64,000 bases of DNA from Azolla caroliniana (taxonomy: Eukaryota > Plantae > Polypodiophyta): the NCBI GenBank assembly GCA_043228905.1, contig JBHGNT010000021.1:7254001-7318000 (forward strand), read 5' to 3'. The notes beneath the pieces were generated by a model. It did not search any database, had not been told where the DNA came from, and saw only the letters and a program-made list of their open reading frames with translations. Below, piece by piece: positions 40,001 through 50,743 of the stretch. The stretch's first letter is position 1, and each line of letters starts with the position of its first letter. Made by a program: the position numbers and the translations under genes.

Positions 40001-43000
40001 GAGGTCGTTGCCTCGGTTGTAACCGCCGCCTGTGGCGAAGATCTGAGAGCACGAGGTCGTTGCCTCAGTGATCTCACTGTTATATATTACTACATAGTGA
40101 CAGTTTGCAGCTTGTGGGCTGTCGTGGTTTTTCCCCTATTTTGGGGTTTTCCACGTATACCTCCTGTGTACCATTTCTCCTCTTTTGTGTCGCGTTTCAT
40201 TACCTGTTTTTCTGTGTATGTAAAGAATCTCGGTTGTGACCGAGCGTCGGACATAAGGAACGTCAAGTTCCCAACAAATATTTCGTCGAAGTCCACGCCC
40301 TTCTTCTGCTGGAACCCCTTCACCACGATCCTGGCTTTGTATCTCGGGGGGTTGCCGGCATCTCCCGGTTTCAACTTGAACACCCACTTGTTTCGGAGTG
40401 CCCGCTTTTCTTTCGGCAGCTCCACCAATTCGTACGTATGGTTCTCATGCAGGGAATCCATCTCATCCTGCATGGCACTTAACCATTTTCGGCTGTGGGT
40501 GTCTTCCTTCGCTTCTTCGAAGCTTTCCGGCTCCCCCTCATCGGTTAGCAGGACATGCTCTGCATCCGGAAATCTCTGGGGCGCCCTTCTCTCTCTGAGA
40601 GGATATCTACGTCTTCGGGCTTCGGTAATCAGTTCCTCCATTTGCTCTTCATCCGAATCCGATTCGGGATCTTGACCGGTTCCGGTCTCAGCTTCCTCTA
40701 CTTCTTCTTCTGCCGGTTCGGTATCCTCACCGTAACCGACTGGTTCCTCGAGTGCTAACCGGTCTCTTGCCGGTTGGGTCTGCTCATTGTAGAGTCTATC
40801 CTTACCGGTCGACTCGGAGTTCACTATCTTCTTCTCCGACTCCCAGTCGACGAGCGTCTTGTCCTCCATGAAGATAATATCTCGACTACGGAATATCTTC
40901 TTGTCGACCGGGTCCCACACTCGGTAGCCGAACTCATCGTCACCGTAACCGAGGAATATGCATGGCCGGGTCTTTGGATCTAGCTTTCCTCTCCGGTCCA
41001 TTGCTACATGCACGTACGCGAGACACCCAAACACCCTTAGATGCCGGTAGGACACTTCCTTACCGGTCCACACTCTCTGTGGCGTGTCTCCGTCCAAGGG
41101 TACTGAGGGTGATCTGTTTATCACATATGTCGCCGTCGACAGTGCCTCAGCCCAAAACTTCTTGGGTAGTTCTGCATGCGCTAGCATACTCCGGACCCTC
41201 TCCATTATGGTCCGGTTCATCCTCTCGGCCAGTCCGTTTAGTTCCGGCGTCTTCGGCACGGTAAATTCGAGCCGGATTCCCTTCGAGCGGCAGTACTCCT
41301 TGAACTGCCCCCGGTACTCACCTCCGTTATCTGCTCGAACCGCCTTCAGCTTCCGGCCGGTTTCTCTTTCCACTCTCGCGTGGAGCTCTTTGAAGACGGA
41401 TAACACCTGATCCTTCGTCTTCAGCGGTGTGGCCCACAGCTTCCGGTTGTGGTCATCTATGAACGTCACGAAGTACTGCGCTCCGGCATGTGACTTCGTG
41501 TCTACTTGACAAACATCCATATGCACCAACTCCAGTGGTGCATTACGTCTCATCGGTGGCCTTGGTCGGAAGGAGGTCCGGTTCTGCTTACCAGCCAGAC
41601 AATCAATGCACTTCTCTAAATGCACGTTCTTCACTGGGATGAGGTTGTCGTCTGCAAGCCTCTTCATCCCCTTCTCACTCATGTGACATAGCCTCTTGTG
41701 CCACAGCTCACCGGCAGTGTCGGAAGCCACGTTCACTTCTTCCGGACATAACCGGGCATTCATCAGGTACAGTGTGTTTACCTTCCGGGCCTGAGCCACA
41801 ATCAGGCTCCCTTTGCTAAACTTCATGACACCGTTCCGGATGCTACCCGTGTAGCCATCATCATCTAGCCGATCGGCTGATATCAGGTTCAAACGAACTT
41901 CCGGAACGTGTCGGACATCTTTCAACAGCAACTTGCATCCGGTTGGTGTTGTCAGCCACACGTCTCCTATGCCGACAATTCGGCATGTTCCTTCATTCCC
42001 CATCCGGACACAGCCGTGATCACCGGCTGAGTAGGATGAGAAGCATTTCCGGTCCGGGGTAAGGTGGAACGACGCTCCGGAATCTACCACCCAGGTCATC
42101 TCATCGCCGGCATGGTTTATCTCACTCTCCTCGGTGATGAGCATCAACTCCTCTTCACTTGCCGCAATTGCCGTCGTTCCCTTCTGGTTCGGCCCCCTCC
42201 GGTCTTTACCGTTCCGGTCTGTACCGTTCCGGTTCGGGGTTTGCTTCGAATCGGTACCGTCGGTTTCCTTGTCTTTACAGAAATGCCGACAGTTCTTTTG
42301 GAAGTGTCCCGGCTTGCCGCAATAGAAGCAAGTAGGCCTCCCCCTTGACTTTGATTGTGTCCCCGACTTCTCCCGGTTCTGGGGACTACGGTTTCTATGT
42401 CTTCTGCGTTCCGATTCGGTAAGGAGCGCTTTGGAGTCGGAGCTCATATCTTTGTCTTTCCGACGAGCCTCCTCATCTAGCAAGCTCGACTTTACTCTTG
42501 CCAGGGATAACCGTTTTCCTTCCGGCCCGGCGTTGCCCAAAGTAACAACCAACGTCTCCCAGCTATCCGGGAGGGAACCGAGCAGGAGTAGCGCTAGGAC
42601 CTCATCGGCAAGAGGTACTTCCAATGACGTTGCCTGGTGAATCAGCCCCTGGAAGGCATTCATATGCTCCGCCATGCTGGAGCCATCTTGGTACCGGAGT
42701 CTTACAAGCTTCCGGAATACCGACGCCTGATTGACAGCATTTTTGTTCTGGAACATCATGCCGATCTTCTCCCAGAGCTCATGAGCCTTGCTCTCTTCAT
42801 TGAAGTTGTTGTACAGGCTCATGTCGATGAAGCACCGTATGTACGCCGTTGTCTTCATGTGCATCACCTCCCATATCGCGGCGTCGATTTTGTCCGGTCT
42901 CTTGTCCCCGAACTGAACCGGCAGCCAGAGGTCTTTAACCACGAGCATGTCCCTCATCTTCGACTTCCACACTGAATAGTTGGAGCCGATGAGCTTGAAC

Positions 43001-43023
43001 ATGCCGCCAAACGATTCGTCCAT
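38257..43023 (-). pseudogene. Copia gag-pol polyprotein (~1353 aa) interrupted by a solo LTR
   Basis: MDESFGG start, CFYCGKPGHFQKNC, WVVDSGASFH, HMDVC/ADNGGEY/LAERMNRT, YVDD, RNase H. Removing 39577-40281 rejoins DFDEIF|APVVKM in frame. Confidence 0.93.
39577..40276 (+). mobile_element. Nest level 5: 700-bp solo LTR of a sister subfamily of the level-4 Copia, in opposite orientation
   Basis: TGTTGG...CCAACA, exact TSD AATAT (39572-39576, 40277-40281). Aligns to the reverse complement of the host LTRs with extra U3 repeat units. Confidence 0.95.
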
Positions 43024-43686
43024 TTTCTGTGTCGATTTTGCTCTGATACCACTTGTTGAGAACTCGACGTTCCTTATGTCCGACGCTCGGCCACAACCGA
43101 GATTCTTTTCATACACAGAAAAACAGGTAATGAAACGCGACACAAAAGAGGAGAAATGGTACACAGGAGGTATACGTGGAAAACCCCTTGATCGGGGAAA
43201 AAACCACGGCAGCCCACAAGCTGCAAACTGTCACTATGTAGAAATATACAACAGTGAGATCACCGAGGCAACGACCTCGTGCTCTCAGATCTTCGCCACA
43301 GGCGGCGGTTACAACAGAGGCAACGACCTCGTCTCTCTCTCTCTCTCTCTCTCTCTGTACAGTTACGCGCTCTGATTTCTTCTTGCACCAACAACGAAGA
43401 ATAATCACAAAACGACAACTGCTCCAAAAAAAAACTATAAGTTTGCCCTAAGTCATATTTATACTAATATGACTTTTCGGCTATTTACAAATGTAGCCTC
43501 GATGGGCTCCATCCGGCTCTCCGCAGTCGGGTACTCCTCATCCGGTTCATACCGGGCCTACACCATCCGACTCTCCGCAGTCGGGTACTCCTCATCCGGT
43601 TCATACCGGGCTTACACCATCCGACTCTTCGCAGTCGGGTTCTCCCCATCCGGAGGGACCTGTCTTCCAACACTCTGGACAACACC

Positions 43687-43760
43687 TGGCACGCCCATGG
43701 GACAGGAACTTGTCCGTCAGACCCACAATTCCTTGATTAGAAGTCAAGTGCCTATAGGCT
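43687..43760 (-). other. tRNA-Arg(UCU)-derived segment ending in CCA, abutting the inverted LTR
   Basis: Minus strand: AGCCTATAGGC A CTTGA CTTCTAA TCAAG GAATT GTGGG [20-nt loop] CCCAT GGGCGTG CCA gg TGTTGTCC. Perfect 5-bp anticodon stem with TCT anticodon, T-stem and CCA. No 5' acceptor strand. Confidence 0.75.
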
Positions 43761-44228
43761 GAAGAAAAACTATAGGCGGAAGCACTAGCTTAGTCCTTCG
43801 TAATTAGACAAACTCGTAAGGTCACCGGCCATAGGCCGTGTTCTGTAATCTTTTCTGTCATAGTAATATATCTGATTTGTGCCTATTTTTGCTGCATGAG
43901 TCTGTGCTTTGATCCATACCTATGAGTTTCACGCCGCCACGTCTATCAAGACCTCGCTAGTGTTTTCTCTCTGAGTCTTGTATCTCTCTCGACGCCTCTG
44001 TTACGAGCCTTCACGTACCACGCCCTTGAAGACCGATAGACGCAGATCTATCGAAGGTGTTCACCCAAAGGAACGGGTAACACAATTTGGCACGCCCGGT
44101 TACAGCTGTGAGTGCACAACGAACTTCATTGAAGGTAACCACCAGCCGCCGTTACGGCGCCCTCTCGCACCACGAGGTCTCAGCCACCCGCCCGACGCCC
44201 TGAGCCAATCGAAGGAACTTCCGACTCG

Positions 44229-45620
44229 GTGGTCACTGACCAATCCTTTCCTGATCAATCAGAGGCTTGTCCAGTGCAATCCTCGCCACCGGACACTCGA
44301 TCGCGAGTTGATCCACCACCAGAACCCCCGTCGAGCCCTCCGGAGGTCAATCAACCGGAACTAAACCCTTTTCCGGTGCTACCAGAAGACCCACAGTACG
44401 ACATCATGTCGTACCCATACCCACGATCTACCGACGGACCAGACGCAGAGTCACACGTCCGTGCCTTCATATCCACATGGCAGGCTAACCACTCCACGCA
44501 CCGCCTCACGCCGGCCGAAATTGATGCCTCGAAGATTGCCGAGTTCACACTCTCCTTCGATGGACCGACCGCACGATGGTACTCTCGTCTCGAAATAGGA
44601 GAGGCCACCACTTTCCAAATTGTGCGCACAAAGTTCCTTGAACTTTTTCATCGCGAGGTGCATAAACGGGAACTGCTCTAGCAATTCTTCTCTATATGCC
44701 AGGAACCGCACGAAACGGTCGCGTAGTTCACGATCCGGTTCCAGGATCTCTACAGACAAGTGGGCGATGATGTCTCGACACAACATATACTAGACACTTT
44801 CCTATCCAGTTTACGAGAGCCTCTACGAACGACTCTCGCACTTACAAATTTCGCCAACCATACGATCGAACAAGTCATAGCGCGCGTTCTCGCCCTCGAT
44901 CGGAACCAGCACGGCACGGCCTTCTCGATGACATCCTTGCAAAACGCTCTTCCCCAAGAGGACAATCGCTTTCGCCAAGCCCTCCAATGCACTGCGTGTT
45001 TAGGATCAGGGCACCTGGCCCTTGAATGTCCCCATCGACCACAGTGTCTGATCTGTCAGTCTCGAGCTCACACAGTCGAGCAGTGCGAATATAATATGCT
45101 GAACCGCACAACGGCGGCAGCGGTCCGCCAGATCGAGCCACGAAATACATACTCTCGGCAGGACGAGCGATATATCTACCGAGACCAGGATAACGACCAA
45201 CCGCGATCCCCGGATCGACGGCGCCGAGACGACGATTACCGACGTAATAACCGTTGTGATTATTATCGCGATGACCGGCACGATGATTATGGCCGATATG
45301 ATGACGATCGCGATGACCGGTATGATCGATGGAACTCACGCATTGATCGGCGAAACGGCAACTGCAACACACGCAACAATAGAAGACCTAATGACAACCG
45401 CCGACGGGACACTCCTCCAAATGACCAGCGCAACTCCAACGCACCTCGGAACAACCCACCACCAAACGAGACCGAGAATCAACAACAACAACTTCCACAC
45501 ACAGACCGAGCGGACACCAGTAGCTCGGCCAACGTGACATGTTTTAAATGTAATCAACTAGACCACCCTGCCACCACCCCGGACCCCGAAAGCATCCTCG
45601 ACATCTTAAAGGAGGAATGA
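44229..45620 (+). pseudogene. Ty3/gypsy-type gag: retrotransposon capsid, two CCHC knuckles, RD-rich region, truncated third knuckle
   Basis: One frame broken only by TAG at 44679 and 44724. Motifs SFDGPTARWY, CTACLGSGHLALEC, CLICQSRAHTVEQC and CFKCNQLDH. No protease or pol follows. Confidence 0.85.
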
Positions 45621-45632
45621 AACGAGGATCAC

Positions 45633-45716
45633 GCCTAAAAGGCAATTTTTGTAATATTGTTAGTATTTTGTAAGTCGTGGGTCTGACGAACAAGGTCCTG
45701 TCCCACGAGCATGCCA
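45633..45716 (+). other. Second tRNA-like segment ending in CCA, 2 nt before the sense LTR
   Basis: GCCTAAAAGGC ... GTGGG TCTGACGAACAAGGTCCTGT CCCAC GAGCATG CCA gg TGTTGTCC. Same expanded T-loop as the left copy; the anticodon arm is replaced by AT-rich sequence. Confidence 0.65.
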
Positions 45717-47049
45717 GGTGTTGTCCAGAGGACAGAAATGTAAAATTAGGAAATTAGCAAACGCCGAGTCCGAGTATCTCGGGCCACCGACGGCTCAGTT
45801 GTGTATTAGGGGAAAAGTTATTTAAACGAGGACCAATACCTCAAAGGGGGGGAGAAGAAAAACTATATGCGGAAGCACTAGCTTAGTCCTTCGTAATTAG
45901 ACAAACTCGTAAGGTCACCGGCCATAGGCCGTGTTCTGTAATCTTTTCTGTCATAGTAATATATCTGATTTGTGCCTATTTTTGCTGCATGAGTCTGTGC
46001 TTTGATCCATACCTATGAGTTTCACGCCGCCACGTCTATCAAGACCTCGCTAGTGTTTTCTCTTTGAGCCCTGTATCTCTCTCGACGCCTCTGTTACGAG
46101 CCTTCACGTACCACACCCTTGAAGACCGATAGACGCATATCTATTGAAGGTGTTCACCCAAAGGAACGGGTAACAAGAGAGATACAGAGTGATACTCTGT
46201 CGTAACCGCCACTGTGTGAAGAAACAGAGCTCGAGGTCACTGCCTCCGAGTCTCTGATTGTAACTCTTCCTCTTTATAGTGATAGTTGGAGTGTGTGGCT
46301 CCCATGGTTTTTCCCTATTAGGGTTTTCCACATAAACATCTTGTGTCATTCTTTGTTTTTTCTTTGTGTACTCTCCACTTCCCATTTATGTGTTTACTTC
46401 TTATAGAAGCGTTTCTAACTACTCGGTTGTGGCCGAGTGATATTCCGCGCATTTCTCATCAGATCGTAGCCAAGGTTGTTGCCTTGAAGCTAATATATTT
46501 CCTCTAGACAAAAACCTAGAGAGACTAGCACATTCATTGTGCTTATTGTTATTGGTTTATCCACCCGATCGGGTGACGATTGTAGCCAAGGCTATTTTGC
46601 CTTAAGGCTAGCACATTCCTTGTGCTTATTGTTGTTGTATCCACCCAATCGGGTGAAGATTGTAGCCAAGGTTGTTGCCTTAAGGTTTGTACGTTCCTCT
46701 AATCAAAAGCTAGAGAGGTCGTACGCAGTTTGTAATCCTTGTTATTCTATCTACCCGATTGGGTGAAGGTTGTAACCAAGGCCATTTTCCTTGAGGTAGA
46801 TATACCCCTCTAGTGAGGTCGTATTTCATTGTACTCCAAATTATAGTGAAGTTATTTGGAACCTATAGTTCCCGTGGTTTTTTCCCTATTTTGGGTTTTC
46901 CACATAAAAAATTTGGTGTACTCTCATTTTTCGTCTTGTGGTTTCATCAAGTGTTAATTATGTTTGAAGTTTAAATCATCTCGATTTGGATCCATATTCC
47001 CAACACTTGCTTTAAGCACAATTGAAAACCAGGGAAAACCTGACTGCGG

Positions 47050-47820
47050 TAATAATGAATGTTGTTTGCTGCAACAACGATGACTCCATCAATGGGAGAA
47101 GGAATTGCTAGAAGCATGTATGTATAAGAAGGGAGAGATTCTACAAGGAAAAGAGGTTACAATCACAAGTTGAATATGCTAGATGTTATGTTGGTTTCCC
47201 TCCTCATGGGAGAAGGAAGGGTCGGAAGCCGGCTAAGGATTTGCTAAGAGCCGAAAGCTAGTCGAGAGTTGTTTAAAGATAAACTAAGGGCCAAAAGTGT
47301 AAATTATATATTTATACATAAACATGTGTGTGTATGCACACGGGCAGGAACACTCCGTGGTGTGAGTGAGAGCGAAGGCAAAAGAAAATGCTACTTTAGA
47401 GAACAATGTTGTGCAAGAAGACCTCGCAAGTGTAGTTGCACCCGAGACCTATAAATTCGGATCGACGGCTTGTAGCAGATCAAGTTCTATTGTTCTATGA
47501 TTTATTCCTCTGTGTCTATGGTTCTTATTGTTCCTGTTCCGTCCACTAAGAGAGATGAAGACTAATTTCCAAGGTTAGGGCCTTGAAATATTTTGGATAT
47601 TCCCCTAGTGGTCTAGGGAGGTTGTAAACAAATGTACACTCTATCGTAGTGAAGTTTAGCACCCTACGAGTACCGTGGTTTTTCCCATTTTAGGGGTTTC
47701 CACGTAAAATATCGTAGTGTGTCTCTATTTTGCTTTTATTGTCGGTTTGAATCATATTCATGGGTGGCCTAGGGCAACATAAGTGGCCATCGGATTTTGA
47801 CCCATAAACACATCACCAAA
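47050..47820 (+). mobile_element. Decayed LTR remnant
   Basis: CTATAAAT near 47449 and the Copia-type U5 motif CGTGGTTTTTCCC..GGGGTTTCCACGT near 47674-47705. Termini unclear. Confidence 0.45.
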
Positions 47821-49619
47821 TACCAAGGAAAATAGAAAAAGGCGTGGAAGTTTGCAAAACATACTGAAGAAGTAGACAAAATCAAAGGGTGTTGCTTCAT
47901 AGTGGTATTAATGCTTAACGTAGTGACCATACAAGTATGCTTCTTTAGTGATGCACATCCAACCTAGGTGGGACTAGCAAAATTGGTTCAATATACCCAC
48001 AAGAACCAACATAGTTATAATAATCTTTCTGTTTTTTCTTTCAATATACCTACAAGAACATTCAATATTTCATTATTTGAAACAAAAATTATATTACCAA
48101 TAATTATAATTCTATGTGTAAAGTTTATTATTCCTGTGCATTCAAGGTCTAACCTTCTTGTTTTGAAGAGGGTTCCAATCTTCGTGCCATTTTAGGCTTC
48201 TAAATGCCTTACATGTATTGTAAATTTCCGGTCTCTAATTTCCAGCATGTAATTTCACCTGTTGTAATCGATAAGCTTGTAATGAAGAAGTTATTTTGTA
48301 AATTTGTTTTGATGTTGGTTTGGTATGTTGTATATTGACATATGTATATAGACTTGTTTGTTTTTGTGGTTTGAAGAGTTTGTATATGAAGTTGTATAAG
48401 ATCACAATAACATGTTATAGAAGACGGAATGTAAATATTCATGTTGATAAATTTGTTCTAATCTTGGATTTGATATGTGTATATCAAATCATAAATGAAT
48501 CACCTTATCTTCCAATGTTATTGTGAATGAATTGCTGGATATGAAACTATAACATTCCAATCTTGTCATATGGATATACATATCTTGTTTGAAGTCAATG
48601 TTGGGCCACAATTTCTTGAACCCTATTACAAAAATGTGTTGAGGATTTTGAGTTGCCCTCGGTGCATTGAAGATATTGAGATCATCAAATTGCATCATTA
48701 TGTATGCATTTTCTTTTAATAGCGAAACATGTGCAAGTTGAAGGGGGTCATTTGAAAAGTAAATTTACTAAGAGATTTTTCTTTTACAAATCATCATCCA
48801 TAAAGGAATATTGTACCATTTTGAGTTGCTAGTTTTGAGCCACTTGATTTATGAGAGAGAAACAAAGGTAGAATCATCTTTTGACTCTCTATGGTTTGTA
48901 AAAGTTGTCAACTTTGTTTTCATGTGCATGTTCTAATTTTTACTTTAAATAGTTTTTTGTTGTGGTGCACTTGTGTTAATTTTCCGCCTTGATAAAAAAA
49001 TCCATTGTTTTGGTTGTTGATAGAGAAGGCTGCTAACCTTATAAAGTTGGCAAAAAACTCATAAATATTGTTTTAAATCCCCCAACAATATTGTGGTGTG
49101 CTAAAACACCACAATATTACATTTTCTTTGAAAACACTATGAAAATTGTTGTCCCCAAGCAATTTAGCCCATATTTCAAAAACATTCATTACTTTTTGCT
49201 CGTCAAGGTAAGTTGCATTCCTATATCATTAGCCACATGATTACAAAACCCGATGGATGCATTTACAACTTTTACTATTTGTGTACATGAGATCTCCAAT
49301 ATGCACACATATGGGTATGATGTATATCGAAGAAGGTATGAAAATTTATTGTGCTTAGTGAAGCATTCTAATAGATGATGAAATCAAGGCAAGCTACAAT
49401 AGCCTTTGGTGGAGAGTGGTTATGTTGAGCCAAAACAGGAGCAAGAAAGAGACTCTTTCCATCCCATGCATATGCCATGCTCATGAAAAGGTTGTGATCG
49501 CCACCTTTTTTCACAAAAATTGGCAAACCATGTGGCTACAAGGACACACGACATCATCCATTGTATGCATGTCAGCACAAAGGTCTGTATGTGGATACGT
49601 GCATACAACATACATGTGC

Positions 49620-49767
49620 AATGTACGTATGTATGTATGTATGTATGTATGTATGTAGGCACAAAGGTGTGTATGTGCATACGTGTATTATGTATACAAC
49701 ATACATGCGTACGTATGTATGCATATGTATGTATGTGTGTGTGTGTATGTATGTATGTATGTATGTA

Positions 49768-49802
<35 letters not shown>

Positions 49803-49822
49803 ATGTATGTATGTATGTATGC
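49620..49822. repeat. (TATG)n/(TG)n microsatellite
   Basis: Directly visible. Confidence 0.95.
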
Positions 49823-50743
49823 ATAATACGTAATATACTTGAATGCATTGGAAAACATTCGTTTCATACGAATGAAAACGAATGCGTATGTTATCAAAAC
49901 ATTGTCATGATTTTTTTTAACACTTTTTACCTTATAATAAATAATGAATACAAAAGTATGGTATTTACCATACTTACCCTCGAATGATTGAAACATTCCC
50001 GAATGCGGGATGCACGTATGGTTCAAACTTCATACTATGAATGCACATATGTGTAACAGTGTATGTATGTATGTATATGTATATGTACATATATGTACAA
50101 CATGGTTGTCCTTTTCAGGCATTGTCATGAAGAATGTGTGTGTCAGTGTGATGATAAATGTAGAGTAACTACAAGTAGGAGGTAAACAGAGTACATATAT
50201 GTATGTATATCATTCAAGTGTTCATATGTAGTGTAGGTTTTGATTTTGCTTTAATTGTAGGAGAAACAGACTCCAGAGTATAGTAGTATTCTTTGCTATT
50301 CCCCAACACATTCTCTCCATTCTAACTCTCTGTTTCTACTTCTCCTCTCACCTCCAAGAAAGAAACATTCCCAAAAGAGCTTTCCATACACACATGCTCT
50401 TACAACAGAGTTTATGTAAATCGTGTTGATTATTGAAGCCCCCATTTCCCCTTTTCCTTCTCTCAAGAGAAAATCTTGTAACACCTGCAAATTCAAGCCA
50501 AAATTTCATGCCTTTGTAGTCATATATCTATATATATATTATACTTTTGCCTTTTTGGTCTGTTGTACTGTGGAAATTTTGGTTGTTATGACGTGGGTTA
50601 TTCTTCACTCGATATTATTAAAACCTTTCCCAAGCTGGAATTCCAGCATTTTCCTTTTATACTGTAAGTGAAGCTAATTTTCTCCTTATCTTTTTTTTTT
50701 GGCTTTCTTCACCATCTTTGGGTTTAATTAGGTTTAAGATGAG

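Larger units (their letters stand above)
37624..43672 (-). mobile_element. Nest level 4: young full-length Ty1/copia element (Tnt1/Tork-like)
   Basis: LTRs 43054-43672 and 37624-38246 differ by about 6 substitutions (by eye) plus (GA)n length. PBS TGGTATCAGAGC 43051-43040, PPT AAGGGGGAG near 38257-38249, exact TSD CTCTG. Confidence 0.97.
37174..46175 (+). mobile_element. Nest level 3: gag-only Ty3/gypsy-type element with inverted terminal LTRs
   Basis: Inverted LTR 37174-37623 plus 43678-43684, partial sense LTR 43761-44082, PBS TGGCACGCCCGGT 44088-44100, gag 44229-45620, sense LTR 45719-46175. Flanked by AGAGA on both sides. Confidence 0.85.
36907..46461 (+). mobile_element. Nest level 2: Copia-related solo LTR (36907-37173 plus 46176-46461)
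   Basis: TG...CA termini with exact TSD GATCG (36902-36906, 46462-46466). Shares TATAAATATGACTT.GGGCAA, (GA)n and the U5 motif with the level-4 Copia LTR. Confidence 0.85.
36184..47005 (+). mobile_element. Nest level 1: old solo-LTR-like element, about 1.26 kb after removing inserts
   Basis: Termini TGTTGGG (36184) and CCCAACA (47005). Internal CCACCC.ATTGGGTGA repeats continue across the insertion (36820-36900 and 46560-46770). TSD is only partial (CTTCT/CTTGC). Confidence 0.6.

Noticed and set aside
43687-43760. Functional tRNA-Arg gene
   Set aside because: No 5' acceptor strand, shortened D-arm, disrupted T-loop (no intact B-box) and an encoded CCA; it is tRNA-derived, not a gene.
44679-44726. 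Programmed readthrough of the two in-frame TAG stops in gag
   Set aside because: Both sit mid-capsid and are simply explained as CAG>TAG transitions at methylated CHG sites.
37174-46175. DIRS-type (tyrosine recombinase) element, suggested by the inverted termini plus an internal third repeat
   Set aside because: No recombinase or RT. TG...CA ends, a tRNA PBS, a gypsy-like gag and an apparent 5-bp TSD fit integrase-type LTR biology.
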